Positions 58,085 to 64,000 of a DNA stretch of 64,000 nucleotides are shown piece by piece. A model generated the notes under the pieces. It did not search any database. It worked only from the letters and a program-made list of their open reading frames with translations, and was not told the origin of the DNA. Location of the stretch: the sequence record LC680884.1. One strand, 5' to 3'. The position numbers and the translations under genes are program-made. Each line of letters begins with the position of its first letter. Within the stretch, counting starts at the first letter, position 1.

Positions 58085-58882
58085 TTAAATTTTTTGTCCT
58101 TTAATATATTGGTTAACGTCTGCTTTTTTAACTAATTTATTAGCAATTCTAATTATATTATTCGCCCAATCATGACCATTTACGGGTGTATATTTATCAT
58201 TTATTGAATAAATGTCTTTTCTTCCTTCTTTTACATAATTTTCCTTTAATAATTTTGCTGTACTCATAATACTATCATGTTTACTAGCAAATGACTTTCC
58301 TTTACTTGAATCACTATAAACTGCATAACCAGAAAGATTATTATCTCTCTTTGCTCTATCTGAAGTTCCCCAACCACTCTCTTGTGCTACTAATGATGTT
58401 AAAAAGATAGCATTAATACCATACTTATTTTCAGCTTCAATAAATGATTCTTCAAGACCATCTAACCCAGTATCTTTTAGAGCAATTTTCAATCCAATCT
58501 TACTAGTATTAGATGTTTGAGTTACATCTTGTTCAGTCCATTGAGGCAATTTTTGTACATGTTCAATAAACTTCTTTAATTCTTTATTTTCTTCTGAAAT
58601 CTCAGTATTCTTTTTATCTAGTTCTTCTTTTGATTTCTTTAGTTCTTTAACTTTATTATCAAGATTTTTATTATTACTTGAAAAATCTTTATTTTCTTTT
58701 TCTAAATTAATTTTTTCTTTTTTCAGATTTTTAAAACTATCTCTTAATTCAGTAACTTCGCTCTCTTTGGTTTCAATCTTCTTATTCATATAATTATATG
58801 TAACTGTTGTTGTAGTAAGACTAATAGCAATAAGAATTGATGAACCTGCGGCAATTACTTTAGCTTTATTAATATTATTCAT
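58085..58882 (-). CDS. membrane-anchored coiled-coil N-acetylglucosaminidase (GH73)
   Basis: N-terminal TM, heptad stalk, AENKYGINAIFL....QESGWG, NNLSGY, YT...W. Confidence 0.85.
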   Translation of the reverse strand: MNNINKAKVIAAGSSILIAISLTTTTVTYNYMNKKIETKESEVTELRDSFKNLKKEKINLEKENKDFSSNNKNLDNKVKELKKSKEELDKKNTEISEENKELKKFIEHVQKLPQWTEQDVTQTSNTSKIGLKIALKDTGLDGLEESFIEAENKYGINAIFLTSLVAQESGWGTSDRAKRDNNLSGYAVYSDSSKGKSFASKHDSIMSTAKLLKENYVKEGRKDIYSINDKYTPVNGHDWANNIIRIANKLVKKADVNQYIKGQKI

Positions 58883-58903
58883 AATAACCTCCTGTTAATA
58901 AAA

Positions 58904-58938
58904 ATAACAACCTTACCTATTATTGGTAAGGTTGTTAT
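58904..58938 (-). terminator. intrinsic terminator after gyrB
   Basis: ATAACAACCTTACC/GGTAAGGTTGTTAT. Confidence 0.7.
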
Positions 58939-58942
58939 CATT

Positions 58943-61267
58943 TTACAAATATTTATCAATAAACATTTTACGTAAATCAGCATTATTCCCAAATAGAATC
59001 TTATTGATCTCATCTGTAGATTCAAAATCATTAATATTGACTTGAACTAAATCTCTTTTCTTTGGATCAAGAGTAGTCTCAAATAACTCATTAGCATCTG
59101 CTTCTCCTAATCCTTTAAAACGGTTTCTGACAAAAGTAATTGAATTATTTAAAAAGTTTAATGCATTATAAATATATTCATCTTCTTTTACAATATGACC
59201 GTCTTTTGCATCTTCAATTGTTACTACGTCTAAATCATTAAATACCGCTGAAAGTTCTTCAATATGTTTAACAAATTCATCATTAATAATGAGTTTATGC
59301 CAAGTATCTCTGTATAAACCTTCTACTTTAAGATCTTTTCCTTCTTTTGTAACTGCTAGATCAATATCTTTTAGATCTGAGACAATATCTTTAGTGCGAA
59401 TATCATTATTTACACTCATATGATTTTCAATAATATTTAATACATCAATGTCAATATTATATCTATGTCTAATACTATCAAATAAACTTGTATATTTCTT
59501 TCCGTTTGTAATGAATTTACTAAGAGAAATTGGATCAAGTTTATATTTCTTTCCAATCTCTTTAATTACAAATTTATCATACTCTTTATCATTCTTGAAA
59601 TAAAGATATTTATCGGATTTATTTTTTCTAACACGATATAATGGGGAGAGTGCAATATATACTCTTCCATCCTCAATTAATTTAGGAAAATGCTCATATA
59701 GAAATGCAAGAAGCAACATAGTAATATGGTATCCATCATCATCGGCATCTGCCAAAATAATAATTTTACCATATCTAATATTATCATAACTAATATTCTT
59801 AATATCAGTTGTTCCAAAAATTACTTTAATTAGTTCTTTAAATTCTTTATTTGCTAGAATTCTAGCATGAGTTAACCCATATGCATTTAATGGTTTACCA
59901 CGTAATGGGAATACAGCTTGAATTTCTGAAATTCTAGCATTACGTACACTACCTCCAGCTGAATTTCCCTCAATAACAATAATTTCGTTTTTTGTAATAT
60001 CTCTACTATCACAATCAGGGAAATCAGATTTAAATGATAAACCAGAAGAATTACCATTTACTTTTACAATTTTGTCTTTAATTGCATTAGCTTCTTTTCT
60101 ACCCTTTGCAAATGCAATAATACGATTTGCAATCTTTTTACCAATATCAATATTTTTTGATAGCCAATCTTTTGTCTTTTCATGAGTAGCCTTTTTCAAT
60201 TCCCCAAGTACTTCACTATTACTTAATTCATCTTTTACTTGTCCTCGGAATTCTGGTTCTAAGAGTTTAAGACTAATAATAGAATATAATCCTTCTCGAA
60301 TATCATCACCCTTAATTTCTAGTTTTTCTAACTTTTTAGGTAATAGATTATTTTCTTTAATAAATTCAAGTAGTGCCACTGTTAGTCCTGTTTTAAAGCC
60401 TTGTTCATGAGTACCTTTGCTTGTTGAGATACCATTAACAAATGATTTAATATTTTCTCCTGATTCATTAGCATAATTAAATACTACTTCATAAATATTT
60501 CCCTTTTTATCAGTAAATTCAAAATTGATTGGTTCATTAATTTGATCTGTATTAATATCATTAAGATAGTCAATAATTCCGTTATCATGTTTAAAAGTAG
60601 TTTTCTCTTTACCAATTTTTAAGTTAATTTCAAGACCAGCATTGATATATGCTCTCTTATTTAATTCCTCTTTTAACAGAGATTGATCAATTTTGGCAAA
60701 TTGTTTTAAAATTTCATCATCAGGTATAAATGTAATTTTTGTACCACGTTTTGTAGTATTTCCAAGTTTATTTAATGATTTGACGATTTTTCCTTTAGAA
60801 AATTCCATTGAATAGTGTTCGCCATTATGAAATGATTCAACCAATAGGAAGCTTGAAAGAGCATTAACTGCTTTTAAACCAATACCATTCTTACCGCCTG
60901 ATACTTTAAAGCTATCCTTATTAAATTTTCCACCTGCATGCATATAAGTAAAAAGTACTTCAATTGTAGGTTTTTTAGTCTTCTTATTAATACCAGTAGG
61001 AAGACCACGACCATTATCTTCAATTGAAATTTGATTGAGTTTTTCATCATATGTAATATTAATATTAGTACAATATCCATTGATCGCTTCATCAATAGAG
61101 TTGTCCACTACTTCTTTTACAAGATGAAATGCCGCTGAATCTTTTCCACCCACATACATATCAAAACGTGTTCTGATACCTTCTAAACCTTCCAAAAGAT
61201 CAATTGATTCATCACTATATTGATTTTTTACTTTTGTCGTTACCATCAAATATTCCCCCATTTTCAT
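58943..61267 (-). CDS. gyrB: DNA gyrase / type IIA topoisomerase subunit B
   Basis: EVVDNSIDE, DNGRGLP, HAGGKF, GTHEQGF, IEGNSAGG, PLRGK, ADADDDG, RFKGLGE. Confidence 0.95.
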   Translation of the reverse strand: MKMGEYLMVTTKVKNQYSDESIDLLEGLEGIRTRFDMYVGGKDSAAFHLVKEVVDNSIDEAINGYCTNINITYDEKLNQISIEDNGRGLPTGINKKTKKPTIEVLFTYMHAGGKFNKDSFKVSGGKNGIGLKAVNALSSFLLVESFHNGEHYSMEFSKGKIVKSLNKLGNTTKRGTKITFIPDDEILKQFAKIDQSLLKEELNKRAYINAGLEINLKIGKEKTTFKHDNGIIDYLNDINTDQINEPINFEFTDKKGNIYEVVFNYANESGENIKSFVNGISTSKGTHEQGFKTGLTVALLEFIKENNLLPKKLEKLEIKGDDIREGLYSIISLKLLEPEFRGQVKDELSNSEVLGELKKATHEKTKDWLSKNIDIGKKIANRIIAFAKGRKEANAIKDKIVKVNGNSSGLSFKSDFPDCDSRDITKNEIIVIEGNSAGGSVRNARISEIQAVFPLRGKPLNAYGLTHARILANKEFKELIKVIFGTTDIKNISYDNIRYGKIIILADADDDGYHITMLLLAFLYEHFPKLIEDGRVYIALSPLYRVRKNKSDKYLYFKNDKEYDKFVIKEIGKKYKLDPISLSKFITNGKKYTSLFDSIRHRYNIDIDVLNIIENHMSVNNDIRTKDIVSDLKDIDLAVTKEGKDLKVEGLYRDTWHKLIINDEFVKHIEELSAVFNDLDVVTIEDAKDGHIVKEDEYIYNALNFLNNSITFVRNRFKGLGEADANELFETTLDPKKRDLVQVNINDFESTDEINKILFGNNADLRKMFIDKYL

Positions 61268-61434
61268 CTAATTAATTAATATAAGTTTATTTATTTTCAA
61301 CTATTGGAACAAAAATTTTAACCATTTTTCATCTCCTATTTTAAATATTTTAATCTATATAATAATATAAATTTATAAAATAGGTCAAATTTCAATCATA
61401 TTTTTGTTATTCATTTTCAATTTTAGTTAAATAA

Positions 61435-61466
61435 ATAATACCATAAGGTTTCCCTTATGGTATTAT
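61435..61466 (-). terminator. intrinsic terminator
   Basis: ATAATACCATAAGG/CCTTATGGTATTAT. Confidence 0.65.
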
Positions 61467-61468
61467 AA

Positions 61469-61732
61469 TTATGAATAAATTGCTAAGTTAAAATCATTTG
61501 CTTTATCTTTTCTAGCAACAATATTAATATCACTATAATCTATGTGAAAAAGCACTCGACTATCAACATCTCTAAATGACATAATTTCAGTTGTATCATC
61601 AAATTGAATATCTTCCATTCGTGATGTATAAAAATAGTTTACACTAGTCGTTTGAATATGGAATACTGCATCCTTTTCAATATTTTCTGCAAGATATGGT
61701 TTAATATATTTATTAATTGCATCTACCGTCAT
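61469..61732 (-). CDS. hypothetical protein (Sm/Hfq-like beta pattern possible)
   Basis: 87 aa, GGAGG RBS. Confidence 0.65.
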   Translation of the reverse strand: MTVDAINKYIKPYLAENIEKDAVFHIQTTSVNYFYTSRMEDIQFDDTTEIMSFRDVDSRVLFHIDYSDINIVARKDKANDFNLAIYS

Positions 61733-61744
61733 AATATATTCCTC

Positions 61745-62467
61745 CTAATTAATTATCGATTCAACTACCTTAAAACCTAAATCCCATGCTTCTTCTTCAA
61801 TAAAATCGTTATCAAGATGCATACAATACACTTTATCTCTATATTCTGGTTTAATAAGTGATTCTAATTTCTTTAATGATAGGTGAACATTTCCAGAATA
61901 ATCTACTTTACATGTATCTTGATAGAATATATCAATCTTACCATTCTCTAGCATTTTAATGATCTGATTAGGAATTTCATTTGAATCTCCACTATAATAT
62001 ATTGTTTTATCATCATAGTTGATAATATAACTAAAGCAATTCAATTCTAAAACATGTTCAACTTCTAATGCAATTAAACCTATTTCTTGAGCACCGAATC
62101 TTATAAAACGTTTATCAAAAAATTGAACTAAATTATATGTTTTTGTTGAAACTCCCTGTGACCAAAGTAGATTTTCAATTCTTAAGAGATTAGGGGTATA
62201 AACAGTAACATTTGGTTCTCCTAATTTTCCCATTGAATAGTAACCATATAAGATTAAGTCACCCAGAGAACCTACATGATCAGGATGCGTATGAGTTAAG
62301 AGTACAGCTATCTTTTCAACATCATCTAATAATTTAGCTTCTTGCATTCGACTAAATGTTGTACTACCGCAATCAATTAGAAATAAGGTTTTGTCCTTTT
62401 TAATAAAAGCAGAATTATTTCCAAGTTTAGTATTAAATGCACTTCCAGTACCAATAAAATTAAGCAT
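61745..62467 (-). CDS. metallo-beta-lactamase-fold hydrolase (RNase Z-like)
   Basis: GTGSAF, LIDCG, THTHPDH, EH, YSGDS, HL, MH. Confidence 0.88.
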   Translation of the reverse strand: MLNFIGTGSAFNTKLGNNSAFIKKDKTLFLIDCGSTTFSRMQEAKLLDDVEKIAVLLTHTHPDHVGSLGDLILYGYYSMGKLGEPNVTVYTPNLLRIENLLWSQGVSTKTYNLVQFFDKRFIRFGAQEIGLIALEVEHVLELNCFSYIINYDDKTIYYSGDSNEIPNQIIKMLENGKIDIFYQDTCKVDYSGNVHLSLKKLESLIKPEYRDKVYCMHLDNDFIEEEAWDLGFKVVESIIN

Positions 62468-62505
62468 AATGTCTTCTCCTTATAATTTTATATCTTAATT
62501 TACTG

Positions 62506-62676
62506 TTAACCTTTTCTTTTTTTCTTCTTAATTTTTCTATAATTAATTTTTACAGGATTTTTCCCTGCTTTCATTAATATCTTTTCTTTATCACTTAAAA
62601 ATATTTTTTTACTTGTGTTGCTTTCATTTATAATATCATCAATATTTCTATTTGAAAAGTAATTCAATTTCTTCAT
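62506..62676 (-). CDS. 56-aa basic microprotein, not in ORF track
   Basis: MKKLNYFSNRNIDDIINESNTSKKIFLSDKEKILMKAGKNPVKINYRKIKKKKRKG; AAGGGA RBS. Confidence 0.55.
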   Translation of the reverse strand: MKKLNYFSNRNIDDIINESNTSKKIFLSDKEKILMKAGKNPVKINYRKIKKKKRKG

Positions 62677-62756
62677 ATCCCTTCTTAAAAATTTCCTTAA
62701 AAAATGAGCAGTTTTTATAACATTGAATTAAACAAAATATCATAATAATTAAGGAG

Positions 62757-63410
62757 ATGATATACATGAAGAAGGCTCTAATAGTTTTAGCATTCTTATT
62801 AGCCATCCCCGTATTATTGGCAAATAAAGCATATGCGGCTACAAACCATACAGTTCAAAAAGGAGAAACGCTTTGGGGAATAAGTCAAACAAATGGTATC
62901 ACACTTTATGAACTAAGAAAAGCAAATAATAAATGGGATGATTTAATTTTGATTGGTCAAAATATTATTATCCCAGCTAAAGGTGAATCTGTTTCTAAAC
63001 CTACAGTTAAAAATACTAAACAGTCAAAGCAAACTACTTCATCGGAAGTTAAAGCACCATCTAGTGATAGAGATTTATTAGCTAGATTAGTTAGAGCAGA
63101 AGCTGAAAGTGAACCTTATGCTGGTAAAGTAGAAGTTGCTAAAGTCGTTTTAAATCGTGTAAATAATGATCAATTCCCGAATTCTATTCAAGGAGTTATT
63201 TATGAAAGTGGTCAATTTTCTCCAGTTTCAAATGGCTCTATTTACAAATCAGCTGATTCTGAGTCTGTAAGAGCAGTAAATGAAGCATTTAATATTGGAG
63301 GAAACGGACAAGGTTCACTTTATTTTTATAATCCTTCAACAGCAACAAGTAGATGGTTGGATAGTAGACCAACCGTTAAAGTTATTGGAAATCATGTATT
63401 TAAACGATAA
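62757..63410 (+). CDS. secreted LysM plus SleB/CwlJ-type cell wall hydrolase (Hydrolase_2)
   Basis: Signal peptide; HTVQKGETLWGI (LysM); LARLVRAEAESE, VVLNRV..FPNSI..VIY..GQFSPV, IGNHVF. Confidence 0.92.
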   Translation: MIYMKKALIVLAFLLAIPVLLANKAYAATNHTVQKGETLWGISQTNGITLYELRKANNKWDDLILIGQNIIIPAKGESVSKPTVKNTKQSKQTTSSEVKAPSSDRDLLARLVRAEAESEPYAGKVEVAKVVLNRVNNDQFPNSIQGVIYESGQFSPVSNGSIYKSADSESVRAVNEAFNIGGNGQGSLYFYNPSTATSRWLDSRPTVKVIGNHVFKR

Positions 63411-63443
63411 AAAAAATAACTCTCTTTTAGAGAGTTATTTTTT
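63411..63443. terminator. bidirectional terminator
   Basis: AAAAAATAACTCTC/GAGAGTTATTTTTT. Confidence 0.8.
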
Positions 63444-63447
63444 AAAA

Positions 63448-63675
63448 TTATTTATTAAGAATTATTAAATTTTTTTCAATAAATACTTCAGGAAAAGCAA
63501 AATGGATAACATTTTTATTTTTCTCTTTATCTTTAAATAAAAGATTATATTGTATACTATTATCATTAACATAGGAATCAATCTCGACTATTGTTGATTC
63601 TGAAAATTTTTCTTTCCCTATTTGAATTTCTTCTTTTAACTTAAATTGTGTACCTATATTATACATATTAATCAT
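63448..63675 (-). CDS. hypothetical protein (DUF4926-like SH3 pattern possible)
   Basis: 75 aa, AAGGA RBS. Confidence 0.6.
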   Translation of the reverse strand: MINMYNIGTQFKLKEEIQIGKEKFSESTIVEIDSYVNDNSIQYNLLFKDKEKNKNVIHFAFPEVFIEKNLIILNK

Positions 63676-63756
63676 CCTTTATTATTTTATAGTGTCATAG
63701 TAGACTTTTTTTTGTAATCATTAATAGCATAATTAATTTGAAGATAGTTATTTAAC

Positions 63757-64000
63757 CTATCTTAAGACAATATATCTTTCAGGATTATCATACATTGAGA
63801 GAAATCTAACTGCTATAACAGTATTCTTATTGTTATCAATATATAATTCTCTATCTATTGATACTGGTCGCATTCGATAATCTTTATTCATTAAATAACT
63901 GTTAAATTCTTCTTTACTTACCTTATCGAATTCATTTTCATTAGGGCAATAAAATTCATTATTTTCTCTTTCTTTAAGAGATTTTTCAGCTTCATTTGCA
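63757..64000 (-). CDS. hypothetical protein, 3' part only
   Basis: Open frame from window edge ...ANEAEKSLKERE...ERYIVLR stop. Confidence 0.55.
   Translation of the reverse strand, partial: ANEAEKSLKERENNEFYCPNENEFDKVSKEEFNSYLMNKDYRMRPVSIDRELYIDNNKNTVIAVRFLSMYDNPERYIVLR

Noticed and set aside
60874-61095. 73-aa minus-strand ORF inside gyrB; 63280-63468 overlapping the SleB gene
   Set aside because: Alternative frames of well-supported genes, with no independent evidence.
1830-61267. Inteins in RNAP, RecA, GyrA, GyrB or the ATPases
   Set aside because: Protein lengths are normal, with no C/S...HN-(C/S/T) insertions seen.
1-64000. tRNA/rRNA genes, integrase, transposase
   Set aside because: No cloverleaf (TTCGA T-loop with acceptor stem), rRNA-like segment or recombinase/transposase motif recognised by eye; tRNAscan-SE would be the decisive test.

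Overview
A 64 kb, very AT-rich slice of a Bacillus jumbo phage genome of the AR9/PBS1 (phiKZ-related) type; most genes are on the minus strand. The assignment rests on two paralogous C-terminal fragments of RNA polymerase beta: an intact 665-aa gene at 1830-3827, which matches my recollection of AR9 non-virion RNAP gp089 (not database-verified), and a second gene at 11933-16166. The ORF track breaks two core genes that can be rebuilt by hand. (1) The second RNAP beta-C gene has three exons, two group I introns that each encode a Zn-repeat/Vsr-like endonuclease with its own late-type promoter, and an N-terminal HD-hydrolase domain fused to the RNAP part. (2) gyrA has three exons and two near-identical ORF-less group I introns with a covariant P7. 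Other recognisable genes: recA-like, gyrB, PIN-PhoH, Nudix, macrodomain, ART-like, PC4/YdbC, AAA ATPase, holin, gamma-PGA hydrolase, YneA-like LysM protein, glucosaminidase, SleB-like hydrolase, MBL hydrolase, two vWA proteins and a MoxR-like ATPase. The most novel-looking regions are: (a) a 7-member paralog array (47.4-54.1 kb) sharing a C-terminal helix tag, directly downstream of an HTH-repeat / MoxR / vWA-metallopeptidase cassette; (b) a late-expressed module (27-35.5 kb) with two paralog triplets, a candidate fibre locus; and (c) recurring (I/L)-x-E motifs suggesting prohead-protease processing, including between the HD and RNAP domains. I saw no tRNA, rRNA or CRISPR array. AR9/PBS1 DNA contains uracil instead of thymine (established knowledge); this cannot be seen in the sequence.
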